In this document: positions 10,042 through 18,318 of the stretch, one piece after another
Layout of the letters: each line of letters opens with the position of its first letter
Position numbering within the stretch: the first letter of the stretch is position 1
Assembly (NCBI GenBank): GCA_023379025.1
Contig: JAMCTH010000005.1
Coordinates: 20,663 to 84,662, forward strand
From: Patescibacteria group bacterium
GTDB taxonomy: Bacteria; Patescibacteriota; Microgenomatia; UBA10105; UBA927
Reading direction: 5' to 3'
Length of the DNA: 64,000 nucleotides
Program-made: the position numbers and the translations under genes
The notes under the pieces: model-generated
Told to the model about the DNA's origin: nothing
Seen by the model: the letters and a program-made list of their open reading frames with translations, nothing else
Databases searched by the model: none

Positions 10042-10116
10042 GGACTCGTGGTGTAGCCTGGTTAACACGCGTCCCTGTCAAGGACGAGATCGCCGGTTCG
10101 AATCCGGTCGGGTCCG
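10042..10116 (+). tRNA. tRNA-Asp (anticodon GTC)
   Basis: Hand-folded cloverleaf with acceptor GGACTCG/CGGGTCC, anticodon loop CTGTCAA and T-loop GGTTCGAATCC; no encoded CCA. Confidence 0.8.
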
Positions 10117-10222
10117 CTATAATGTGGTCTTATACCGGACACGTGATGATCCTGTGTCACGTCCGGATGGGACCGATATCTTCCTGCCCGCATCTATTTC
10201 TGCCCGGAATGGAGGAGATGAA

Positions 10223-10807
10223 ATGGTCAAAGAATTTTTGAAACGTTTTGAATCCACGGAGTCGCTCATCTCTTTGGCATTGGGACTTGCTGTGGTTGTG
10301 GTTGTTGCCGTTCTCGGTGTCAAATATTTCGAAAACCGGCACCCCGGCAATACCGCCGGCGTCACCGGAGGAGCCTCTACCTCGGCAGCCAGCGAGGTAC
10401 CGCCGAAAGAACCGACGAAGTATACCGTCCGCGCGGGAGATACGCTCTGGAGTATCGCGGATACGTATTACACATCCGGGTACAACTGGGTGGATATCGC
10501 CAAAGCCAATACCTTGGCCGATGCCAACCACATCGAAACCGGCGAATCACTCATTATCCCGGTCGCAACACCGATAATGCCGGAAAGCGCGGTCCAGACC
10601 GGTACGGCAGGACAGCAGATTGCCGCAAGTCACTTTGAGGTAAACACCAAAGAAACGACCTATACGGTATCGCGCGGAGACAGTCTGTGGGATATTGCGG
10701 CCAGTCATTACGGCACAGGGTACCGGTGGACGGATATCGCCAAAGCGAATACCCTCGCAAATCCGGACCTGATTTTTGCCGGCAATGTCCTGACGTTGCC
10801 GCAATAA
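10223..10807 (+). CDS. Membrane-anchored protein with two LysM peptidoglycan-binding domains
   Basis: Single N-terminal TM helix followed by two YTVRAGDTLWSIA.../YTVSRGDSLWDIA... LysM repeats. The ORF-track 5' extension from 9923 overlaps tRNA-Asp and is rejected. Confidence 0.8.
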   Translation: MVKEFLKRFESTESLISLALGLAVVVVVAVLGVKYFENRHPGNTAGVTGGASTSAASEVPPKEPTKYTVRAGDTLWSIADTYYTSGYNWVDIAKANTLADANHIETGESLIIPVATPIMPESAVQTGTAGQQIAASHFEVNTKETTYTVSRGDSLWDIAASHYGTGYRWTDIAKANTLANPDLIFAGNVLTLPQ

Positions 10808-10832
10808 AGGAAACAACGTACAATGAGTAGGA

Positions 10833-10880
10833 AAGCCTGAAGCTTCAGGCACTAAAAATTTGGCAGAGTTGCCAAATTTT
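10833..10880 (+). terminator. Two tandem hairpins downstream of the LysM gene, candidate intrinsic terminator
   Basis: GCCTGAAGCTTCAGGC is a perfect 16-bp palindrome; AAAAATTTGGCAgagTTGCCAAATTTTT is a 12-bp stem flanked by A/T runs. Confidence 0.4.
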
Positions 10881-10885
10881 TTAGG

Positions 10886-10959
10886 TGCGGGATTAGTACA
10901 CCGGTAGTATGCCACCTTCCCAAGGTGGAGAAGCGAGTTCGATTCTCGTATCCCGCTCC
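10886..10959 (+). tRNA. tRNA-Gly (anticodon CCC), CCA encoded
   Basis: Acceptor GCGGGAT/ATCCCGC, anticodon stem-loop CCACC-TTCCCAA-GGTGG and T-loop GTTCGATTC. Confidence 0.8.
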
Positions 10960-11146
10960 AGACGGGACACCTTGCCCCGAAAAGGTCTTAATGTATTGAT
11001 ATAACGGGCTAATCATGAAATTTACAACAATATAAACAAAATTGATTTACCTTCAAATAGGGTTTCGGAGAGACGGAAATCGAACTCAAAATGTTTAAAA
11101 TCAACTTGGCCTTGACAATTCTCATATTTTCTGATATTCTGAAAAT

Positions 11147-11404
11147 ATGAAAGCAGTAAGCATTATTCGAGATAGGGGCCAATTGACCATTCCTGATTCT
11201 ATTCGTCAACTCGTTAGTTGGGTGGCTCCCTTATCTGCGGTAACAATTTCAGTTAGAAAAGCAGACGAAATTGTCATAACGCCTCACCAAAATTATGTTA
11301 ACTGGGAAGGGATTTGGGAAGGCATTAAAAAATCCAGAGCTATAAAAGGCAAAGGCAGCATCAACGCAGCAAAGTTTTTAGAATTTGATCGTAACTCACA
11401 CTAA
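11147..11404 (+). CDS. vapB: AbrB/MazE/SpoVT-type antitoxin (VapB-like)
   Basis: 85 aa with an N-terminal AbrB-fold swapped-hairpin pattern (VSIIRDRGQLTIPDSIRQ); its stop overlaps the next ATG (TAATG) in an AT-rich islet. Confidence 0.6.
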   Translation: MKAVSIIRDRGQLTIPDSIRQLVSWVAPLSAVTISVRKADEIVITPHQNYVNWEGIWEGIKKSRAIKGKGSINAAKFLEFDRNSH

Positions 11405-11823
11405 TGAAAACGGTCGTCACGGATACGTCTGTATTTATTAAATGGCTTAACAAGGATAACGAACAAAGCCTTGAGAAGGCGGACAAAATTCTTCAGGAAG
11501 TAAAAAACGGCCAAACCCAAATTTTTGTTCCGGAACTGCTTAAATATGAATTAGGAAATGTGCTTCTTAAGGGTAAGCAACTGACACCAGATCAAGCTCT
11601 TATTTCTTTGGGGACAGCATATTCTTTACCTGTAACATTTATAGCTGATTCGGAGCAACAGGCAAAAGATACCTATACGCTGGCTTATAATTACGGAATA
11701 AGCTACTATGATGCCTCATTTATGTCAGTTGCAAAAAATTACAACGCGACGTTAGTTACTGATAATCTGAAACATCAAAGTAAAGCTCCAGAAATAAAGG
11801 TTGTTGCCCTTAAAGATTATTGA
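11404..11823 (+). CDS. vapC: PIN-domain ribonuclease toxin (VapC-like)
   Basis: 139 aa with the conserved acidic N-terminus (VVTDTSVFIKW) and an acidic C-terminal residue (LVTDN), typical of a VapC PIN domain. Confidence 0.7.
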   Translation: MKTVVTDTSVFIKWLNKDNEQSLEKADKILQEVKNGQTQIFVPELLKYELGNVLLKGKQLTPDQALISLGTAYSLPVTFIADSEQQAKDTYTLAYNYGISYYDASFMSVAKNYNATLVTDNLKHQSKAPEIKVVALKDY

Positions 11824-11952
11824 CGTTACGCCGTTTGATAAGTCTCCATCAACTTGTTAAAATGTATTAGTATCTCGTCGAGCAAGAGTTCAAAATAATT
11901 TGCGTATCCGGCTCAATTATAGCGAGTTCGACAGCGTCCTGAGCTTGCCGAA

Positions 11953-11972
11953 GGATTCCCCTATCCCGCTCA
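11953..11972 (+). repeat. Imperfect direct repeat of the tRNA-Gly 3' end (candidate attR)
   Basis: GGATTCCCCTATCCCGCTCA versus tRNA-Gly 3' CGATTCTCGTATCCCGCTCC (10939..10958): 15/20 identical, including the 10-nt run TATCCCGCTC; the two copies bracket the AT-rich vapBC islet. Confidence 0.45.
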
Positions 11973-12025
11973 TAACCGAATTAAATTCAAATAAAAAAAT
12001 CTGAAGTCTAATTTAAAGAACGTAT

Positions 12026-12379
12026 ATGGGCATCGTGGTTGAATACAATCCGGATTTAGCACTCCGGGATCATAGTGAATTCACAAGGGGTAGGCGCAAT
12101 CGCGAAGAGTGTGTGCCCAAACAACTCACGGCTGGCAGGGTGTATGCGTTTGCCAAGCTCGGTCAGCGGAATTATTGGCTTATGGGCGAAATACCACTCC
12201 TAGTAACCCACGGAGATCAAAAATTGGGTCTGCCGATTGCAAGTATTCAAATTCTAGAGGCAACACATCGTCTACGAGGTGGTTCAGTGTGGACCGTGGG
12301 GAAATACAAGGTAATTGAAGTGTATAAACCGGGTGACAAAACCATTCATTTTAATGGATTTGCCAAAACGCATTCGTAA
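12026..12379 (+). CDS. Hypothetical protein (117 aa)
   Basis: The ORF alone; no motif recognised. Confidence 0.3.
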   Translation: MGIVVEYNPDLALRDHSEFTRGRRNREECVPKQLTAGRVYAFAKLGQRNYWLMGEIPLLVTHGDQKLGLPIASIQILEATHRLRGGSVWTVGKYKVIEVYKPGDKTIHFNGFAKTHS

Positions 12380-12403
12380 CTCGATTTATGAGACAATATA
12401 CGT

Positions 12404-12913
12404 ATGAAGTTATACCGTTTCAGCCCTATCGGTTCGGAACCGGAGTTACTCCGCGCTATCCGGTACATCCACCGCGCCGGTCACACGCTCTGCCGGGAAA
12501 AAACCGGAAAGTTTCTGCCGGTGCGGGGCTTCATCGGTGTGTTTTGCCACTACGACCGGGAGTACGCATATCTCACGCGCCTTTGCGAAGCGATGACGAT
12601 CCGGGCCGGCAATTTCAACAACAAATATTTCCTTCTGAAAAACCCCATCACGATACGGAAAACACAGGGTATTCCGCAGGCTGTCTATACCCACCTCTAT
12701 ATCAGGAAACCCGACCCCTACCGCGCGCAGGTCGGCGACCTCGACTTTTTCATGGAGAAAAATCCCTATAGCGAGCTCAAACGCGACATAGAAAACCGGA
12801 AAGCCCCGGGTGGCGTACGGATGCTTCCGGATCACCCCGGTCATGAACTCATAGAGCTTTATCATCCCGATATTGACGCCTGCGCCTATATACAACTGCA
12901 TGAACATATCTGA
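12404..12913 (+). CDS. Hypothetical protein (169 aa)
   Basis: The plus frame has a GC-rich third codon position and an ATG tightly spaced after the previous gene; preferred over the antisense 12446..12907 ORF. No motif recognised. Confidence 0.4.
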   Translation: MKLYRFSPIGSEPELLRAIRYIHRAGHTLCREKTGKFLPVRGFIGVFCHYDREYAYLTRLCEAMTIRAGNFNNKYFLLKNPITIRKTQGIPQAVYTHLYIRKPDPYRAQVGDLDFFMEKNPYSELKRDIENRKAPGGVRMLPDHPGHELIELYHPDIDACAYIQLHEHI

Positions 12914-13793
12914 TCAGCGCATCGGAGAATTCTGTATTGTAATGGGTGTCCTTTTGTGGGGTATCTTTCCGGTCTTTACCCAGCTCTCCTACCGTTCGCT
13001 TTCCCCGCTTACATCACTGGCTGGAAGCTCACTCTGTGCCGCGACATTTTTCGGCATAGTCTTGACCGTCCGCCACCGCTGGCATGAACTCAAAAGCAAA
13101 GAAACGCTCCGGTACGCGCTCCTTTCCACAGTCTTTACCGGCATCATTTTTTATTCACTGTATTTCCTGAGCCTGAAATACTCAAGTGCGGGAAACATAA
13201 GCATTCTCGGGCTCTCAGAGGCATTTTTCAGTTTTATGCTCTTCCAGGTGTGGAAAAAAGAATTCATTCCGAAAGAGCATATCTTTGGAGCGATACTCAT
13301 ACTCCTCGGAGCAATCGTGGTGCTTCTTCCTTCCGTAGGTGTATTCCGGCTCGGGGACATCCTCATCCTCATCGCAGCAGCCATCGTCCCGTTTGGAAAT
13401 TACTACCTGCAAAAAGCCAGAAAACACGCCAACGCGGAATCCGTCCTGTTTATCCGGACCCTGGTCGGCGGAACTGCCATCCTGTTCCTGTCCTTCCTGT
13501 TCCATACCGCATCCCCGCTTACGGATATCATGCACTCGCTTTCGTTTCTTCTCGTGAACGGTCTTGTGGTTTTGGGAATTTCCAATATGCTCTGGGTGGA
13601 AGGAATTCACAGGATCCCCGTCACAAAAGCGAACGGTTTGAACGCGCTCGGTCCGCTCGTGACGCTTCTTGCCGCATGGGTCGTCTTCAAAACGGCGCCG
13701 ACCGCCTGGCAGCTTATTGCATTCATCCCCATGTTCTTCGGGATGGGGTATATCGGTAAAAAAATTAGTCTAACCGGAGCAGAACGCAAGTGA
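12900..13793 (+). CDS. EamA/DMT-family transporter
   Basis: About 10 TM helices in two EamA-like halves; the start is taken at MNISDQ (ATG 12900), overlapping the previous stop by 14 nt. Confidence 0.7.
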   Translation: MNISDQRIGEFCIVMGVLLWGIFPVFTQLSYRSLSPLTSLAGSSLCAATFFGIVLTVRHRWHELKSKETLRYALLSTVFTGIIFYSLYFLSLKYSSAGNISILGLSEAFFSFMLFQVWKKEFIPKEHIFGAILILLGAIVVLLPSVGVFRLGDILILIAAAIVPFGNYYLQKARKHANAESVLFIRTLVGGTAILFLSFLFHTASPLTDIMHSLSFLLVNGLVVLGISNMLWVEGIHRIPVTKANGLNALGPLVTLLAAWVVFKTAPTAWQLIAFIPMFFGMGYIGKKISLTGAERK

Positions 13794-13814
13794 TTCTGCT
13801 AAAATCACACTACC

Positions 13815-13885
13815 GCCTCCATAGCTCAGTGGCAGAGCAGCGGTATCGTAAACCGTCGATGTCAGTCCGATTCTGACTGGAGGCT
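13815..13885 (+). tRNA. tRNA-Thr (anticodon CGT)
   Basis: Acceptor GCCTCCA/TGGAGGC, anticodon loop ATCGTAA, T-arm GTCAG-TCCGATT-CTGAC; 71 nt with a 7-nt D-loop. Confidence 0.75.
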
Positions 13886-14373
13886 CAAAAAGCAGAATTG
13901 AGGCTCCAGATTGCCCAGTTCAGCACGCCCGCAAACGAAACCCACAGAAGATACGGTACGAGGAAATAAGCCGCACTCTTCCGGATCCGGTAAAACGCCC
14001 GGATCGTCAGGACGATCGATCCCCAGAGAATGACCAACTCCCAAAACGCAAGACCGGGGTTTCTCAGCCCGAAAAAAAGTATGGACCAGAGAGCGTTCAA
14101 TGCAAGCTGCAGGAGAAAAAGATACGTGGCACCCATGACGCGGCTTTTGGTCATGCCGCGTTCCCATACGAGGAAGAGCGCGACGCCCATAAGCGCATAG
14201 AGGGTTGTCCAGACCGGCCCGAACACCCAGTTCGGCGGACTGAACCAGGGCTTATGAAGCGTAGCGTACCAGCCGGGGATAGCCGATACGGTAAAGAAGG
14301 AGCCGATGATGCCTGCCGCTTCGGAGAGAAGGACGGCCCCCAGAAGATGAGCCACACCGGAACGCTTTCTCAT
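13885..14373 (-). CDS. tspO: TspO/MBR tryptophan-rich sensory protein
   Basis: 162 aa with five TM helices and Trp/Pro-rich loops (PWFSPPNWVFGPVWTTLY) characteristic of TspO. Confidence 0.8.
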   Translation of the reverse strand: MRKRSGVAHLLGAVLLSEAAGIIGSFFTVSAIPGWYATLHKPWFSPPNWVFGPVWTTLYALMGVALFLVWERGMTKSRVMGATYLFLLQLALNALWSILFFGLRNPGLAFWELVILWGSIVLTIRAFYRIRKSAAYFLVPYLLWVSFAGVLNWAIWSLNSAF

Positions 14374-14408
14374 ACGACTACTGTATCACAAACTGTCGGA
14401 GGAAACGA

Positions 14409-15551
14409 TCAGGTATCCCGCGGTTCCCCGTCGGGAAGGGAAAGGAGTTTGATATCCGGGAGACTTGCTCCCATGATGCCCTGGAGTTCTCCGTACATAT
14501 TGGCGATGTTTTCGAGGGTGCGGGTGATGTCCAGTTCCCGCTTTTTCCAGAGGCGCTGCACCGACCGCTTCTCCGTTTCGAGGTCCTGCTGCATGGCGAC
14601 GATCCCCTCGACATACGCCTCAAACCGGTGCCGGAAGGTATCGCTCTGGAGATAGCCGTAGAGTTTTTCGAGTTTCTCATCCTTGTTAGCGGCCGTTGAT
14701 TTGGCCGCCGCCGTCAGCATGATGCTCCTTCTCAGTATTGTGGCAAGCGGAAGCGCATAATGGATGTCCGTCACGAGCACGTTATCGATAAATCCGAAGG
14801 TATCGATATCCCTGGGGAGCGTTTCGCTGACCAGGACGGACAGGCTTGCATCCGCTTTCCGTCCGTCTTCCCGAAGCTTCGGGAGCCATGACGGGCTCCA
14901 TTTGGCGCGCTTGGTCTCCCAGAGGATTGAACCGGCCGTCTGTCCGTAGGAGTTGCGGACCGTCTCGAGGACGTCGCCGCCCTGTGCCCCTTTGGCAATC
15001 GGAGTAATTTCATCGTGGGGGAAGGCGCTACGGAGTTTGGCTTCCAGGTCGAGCTCCAGCACCTCGCCCTGGAGCTGCTGGGATTTCTGCTGTGCCTTGA
15101 GGTTTGCCTCGGCAAGCGCTTTCTGCGTGTCCGTCAGCTGTTTTTTGAGTTCAAGGATCTGAAACTCGGCTTTTTCCTGAAGGGTTTTCGTAAGTTCCGA
15201 ACGCGCTTTGTCTATCTCTTCGGACAGCCGTTTCTGGTTTTCGAGTTCCGTTTTGTCGTTTTTGTCCCTGAGTTCCCGAAGCAGTTTGTTGAGGTCAAGA
15301 AGCTGTCCGGAGAGTTCTTTATTGCGGCTCCTGAGCTCCGCCATCTCGTTTTCCTTATCTTTAAGCGTCAGTTCCGCCAGTGCTGCTGCTTTTTGTTTCG
15401 CCTGCTCTTCCGCAGCTTTCCGCGCGTCGGCAAGCTCTTTGGCGTGCTGGCCCGCAACGTCACGAAGGAGATCTTCCTTCATGTCGTGCATGAGCGCTTC
15501 CGTAATCTCGATCTCTTTGCCGCAGTACGTGCAGGTGACATGCGTCAGCAT
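14409..15551 (-). CDS. DUF2130-like coiled-coil protein with N-terminal CxxC
   Basis: N-terminal CTYCGKEI, a long Lys/Glu-rich coiled coil, and a C-terminal region with KGAQGGDVLE and WETKRAKWS blocks resembling DUF2130. Confidence 0.5.
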   Translation of the reverse strand: MLTHVTCTYCGKEIEITEALMHDMKEDLLRDVAGQHAKELADARKAAEEQAKQKAAALAELTLKDKENEMAELRSRNKELSGQLLDLNKLLRELRDKNDKTELENQKRLSEEIDKARSELTKTLQEKAEFQILELKKQLTDTQKALAEANLKAQQKSQQLQGEVLELDLEAKLRSAFPHDEITPIAKGAQGGDVLETVRNSYGQTAGSILWETKRAKWSPSWLPKLREDGRKADASLSVLVSETLPRDIDTFGFIDNVLVTDIHYALPLATILRRSIMLTAAAKSTAANKDEKLEKLYGYLQSDTFRHRFEAYVEGIVAMQQDLETEKRSVQRLWKKRELDITRTLENIANMYGELQGIMGASLPDIKLLSLPDGEPRDT

Positions 15552-15642
15552 AATGCCTCCGCCTGCATTGTATCACGGGTTGCCCAAACCGCGTTTGCGC
15601 CGGTTTGCTACAATAGAAGGACGGAAAAACTGCGGCATCGTT

Positions 15643-16359
15643 ATGGCATACTCGAGACTGTCACGATTTGAGGAAAAGCGCCAGAAACGGAGGCTCATTT
15701 ATTCGCTCCTCGGGAGCGTGGCGATCCTCGCGTTTATTTTTTTCTTCGGCTTCAAACTGCTCGTCAATTTCAGCGTCCTTCTGGAAAAATTCCAGGGAGG
15801 GTCCGGGACGAGCGCCACGCAGTCAGCCTCCGTCAACATCCTCCCTCCGGCGCTTGACCCGCTGCCGGAGGCGACCAACTCCGCCGATCTTACGGTTACC
15901 GGTAAAGGACAGCCGGGACTGACCGTCATCCTTTACGCCAACGGCACCGAGGCATCGCGGCTGCCGGTCGACAGCACCGGTTTGTTCCGCACCGTCTATA
16001 CCGCCGACGGTGACGGTGCGCAAACGATCAGCGCCAAATTAACGGACAACAAAGGCAACGTCAGCGATCTGTCGAACATCATTTCGACCACGGTAAAACG
16101 TTCCAAACCGACACTGACGATCGATCAGCCGGGAGAGAATGCCACAGTAAACGGGGACCCGAACACGACAACGGTCTCCGGGAAAACGGACCCGGAAGAC
16201 ACCGTCACCATAAACGGGCGGGTAGCGGTCGTCAGGGACGACGGCTCCTTCAGCTATACCATACAGCTCAATGAGGGAGACAACATCCTGACAGCAACGG
16301 CAACGGATACTGCCGGCAACGAAACGACGGTGGAACGCCACGTCAGCTACCATCCGTAG
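15643..16359 (+). CDS. Membrane-anchored protein with tandem bacterial Ig-like domains
   Basis: Start taken at MAYSRLSRFEEK. It has a TM helix and then repeated beta-rich modules (PTLTIDQPGENATV...GNETTVERHVSY). The ORF-track 5' extension to 15208 is antisense to the DUF2130 gene and is rejected. Confidence 0.6.
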   Translation: MAYSRLSRFEEKRQKRRLIYSLLGSVAILAFIFFFGFKLLVNFSVLLEKFQGGSGTSATQSASVNILPPALDPLPEATNSADLTVTGKGQPGLTVILYANGTEASRLPVDSTGLFRTVYTADGDGAQTISAKLTDNKGNVSDLSNIISTTVKRSKPTLTIDQPGENATVNGDPNTTTVSGKTDPEDTVTINGRVAVVRDDGSFSYTIQLNEGDNILTATATDTAGNETTVERHVSYHP

Positions 16360-17530
16360 CGCTTTTTACCACGGCTACCCCGGCCAGGATAAACAACCAG
16401 AGCACCATCCACGGATAAAACAGCGTATTCGTAAACAGGCTATGGAAGGCCGCGGCAAGGGAAGAGGCAAGATAGAGCGCCCAAAATCCCCTATGGTTCT
16501 TCCGCAGCGCAATCGCGGGCCTCAGATACTCCCGTATGAGAAAAAGAAATGCGATCCCTCCGAGAACACCCGAGGAAGCCAGGACATACAGTATGCTGTT
16601 GTCTATCCCGCCTCCCGCGCGGTTCGGGGGCGCCGGGACCGGCAGTGTTTCCGTGGTCCGGCGGGGAAGTGCTGTCATACCGAACCCTTCGCCGGTGAGC
16701 GGCGCGCGGGCCACTACCAGGGCGCTTTCCTGCCAGTTTTGGACCCGGGCTAACGCGGAAATTTCTCTGGTAAACCGCAGTGCTTCAAGCGGAGGCTTGG
16801 GAACGACGACAACGAGAAGGATGATGCCGAGAAGAAGAGCGGCAAGCTTCCACCGCTTGGTAACGACGATCATGGCCGTGATGCCGGCGGCAAAGGCGAG
16901 GTAGCTCCCCCGCGAAAACGTCAGGAGAAGCGCCGTAAACGCAAGCGCCGTGCCGGCAAGGATGAGCGCCCGCCGCTTTACCGTGCCCCGGGCAAGATAG
17001 ATACCCGTAAAAACCGTAAGGGCAAAAATGATGCCTGCAAAGTTCGGATCCAGGAAAACGGATACTACCCGGTAATAATACGGGTCCCAGCCAAGATAGG
17101 AGATATTGCGGATGTCCGGATACAGGAACAGCTGGGCCAGGCCGGCAGCGGCGGCGGCGGCGCCGAAGGCAAAAAGCCCCATAAGCCACCGCCGGGAACG
17201 GATGCCTGCCCCAACGACGACAAACACGATCCCCGCATACCAGAGCCAGCGCGCAAGATACAGGAGCCCACGGACCACGGCGGACTGATCCTGCCCCATG
17301 GCATGTATGACGATAGACCCAAAACATACCGCGGCAAACAACAAAATCGCTCGCCCGATCGCCGGCCACCGCAGGAGGGATTTGTCGCGTAGAGCTGCCG
17401 CGGCAAACCAGAGATATACGCCCCCCAGGACAAGATCATGAAGATGGAGATATGCAGACGGGAAAACCGCAAGCGTCACGAGCTGCCCCCCAAGAAGACT
17501 CGCAAAAAACAGTAGAAGAAGCACATTCAT
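16343..17530 (-). CDS. O-antigen ligase / Wzy_C-family polymerase-like membrane protein
   Basis: About 10-12 TM helices and an LTFSRGSYLA motif in a periplasmic loop. Confidence 0.65.
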   Translation of the reverse strand: MNVLLLLFFASLLGGQLVTLAVFPSAYLHLHDLVLGGVYLWFAAAALRDKSLLRWPAIGRAILLFAAVCFGSIVIHAMGQDQSAVVRGLLYLARWLWYAGIVFVVVGAGIRSRRWLMGLFAFGAAAAAAGLAQLFLYPDIRNISYLGWDPYYYRVVSVFLDPNFAGIIFALTVFTGIYLARGTVKRRALILAGTALAFTALLLTFSRGSYLAFAAGITAMIVVTKRWKLAALLLGIILLVVVVPKPPLEALRFTREISALARVQNWQESALVVARAPLTGEGFGMTALPRRTTETLPVPAPPNRAGGGIDNSILYVLASSGVLGGIAFLFLIREYLRPAIALRKNHRGFWALYLASSLAAAFHSLFTNTLFYPWMVLWLFILAGVAVVKSATDGS

Positions 17531-18297
17531 AATTCAGGCGGTTCGCCGGCCGCCCCGGAGTGCCAGAGAAGATAAAGTTTTGCCCGGGTCAGAAACGAAT
17601 GAAAGCTCATCATGAGCGCGAGCACCATACCTGCCGTTCCGTCCAGAAAGCCCATACGGAAGAGGTAGTTCCGGAGAAACTTGGCAGCGGGCTTGGCTAC
17701 GATATACCAGGACGGCTCATGGATGCCCTGTGATTTGAGATACCGCGCATACTCCGTCGTATACCGGTTTATTTCTGATATAAATTGTGCGACGTCTGAG
17801 TGGGGATAGTGCGTGAGCGGATTCCGGAACGATCCGACCTGTCCGCGGATCTTCCAGACTTCGTGTACCGGGCGCTCCCACTCCCCGAATCCCATTCTTC
17901 CGAGGCGGACCAGTCTAATGCACGCTGTTTCTCCGTGCCGGAGCCATCCCCCACCCCACCAGTCGGTTCTGTGAAAAAAATACCCGGCAGTCACCTTGTC
18001 CGCAGCTTCAAGCTCCTCCTGTATTTCACGGGCCAATTGGGGCGTCACAACCTCATCGCTGTCAACAAACAATATCCACTCCCCTTTTGCTTTTGAGAGC
18101 CCGAAATTCCGCTGCGCGGCAAAATCGTGGCCGAGCTCGTGGGTCAGGACCTGTGCGCCTTCTTCCCCGGCTATTACCCGTGTCCGGTCCTCCGAACGGT
18201 CATCGATGACGATGCGCTCGCCGCACCATGCGAGGCTTTTAAGGCAGGTCCTGATGCGCTCCTCGTCATTATGGGTGAGTACGACCGCTGAGATCAT
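17527..18297 (-). CDS. Family 2 glycosyltransferase
   Basis: GT-A N-terminus VVLTHNDEERI...VIDDRSEDRT and a DSDE motif; the ORF track extends to 18381, but the likely start is MISAVV. Confidence 0.75.
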   Translation of the reverse strand: MISAVVLTHNDEERIRTCLKSLAWCGERIVIDDRSEDRTRVIAGEEGAQVLTHELGHDFAAQRNFGLSKAKGEWILFVDSDEVVTPQLAREIQEELEAADKVTAGYFFHRTDWWGGGWLRHGETACIRLVRLGRMGFGEWERPVHEVWKIRGQVGSFRNPLTHYPHSDVAQFISEINRYTTEYARYLKSQGIHEPSWYIVAKPAAKFLRNYLFRMGFLDGTAGMVLALMMSFHSFLTRAKLYLLWHSGAAGEPPEL

Positions 18298-18318
18298 TTG
18301 GTATAATTCTAGCACACC

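Noticed and set aside
9923-10222. 5' extension of the LysM ORF in the ORF track (start at 9923)
   Set aside because: It runs straight through tRNA-Asp (10042..10116) and the polX start region; the real start is the ATG at 10223 preceded by GGAGGAG.
10120-10222. Hairpin CCGGACACGTGA...TCACGTCCGG upstream of the LysM gene
   Set aside because: A 10-bp interrupted stem without a U-tract or recognisable motif; it could be a regulatory hairpin, but there is no supporting evidence.
12446-12907. 153-aa minus-strand ORF
   Set aside because: It overlaps the plus-strand ORF 12404..12913, which has better third-position GC and sits in the same-strand gene series; only one can be real and the plus frame is preferred.
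15208-15642. Ser/Leu-rich N-terminal 145 aa of ORF 15208..16359 and ORF 15015..15671
   Set aside because: Antisense to the DUF2130-like gene; low-complexity translation. The Ig-like protein starts at 15643.
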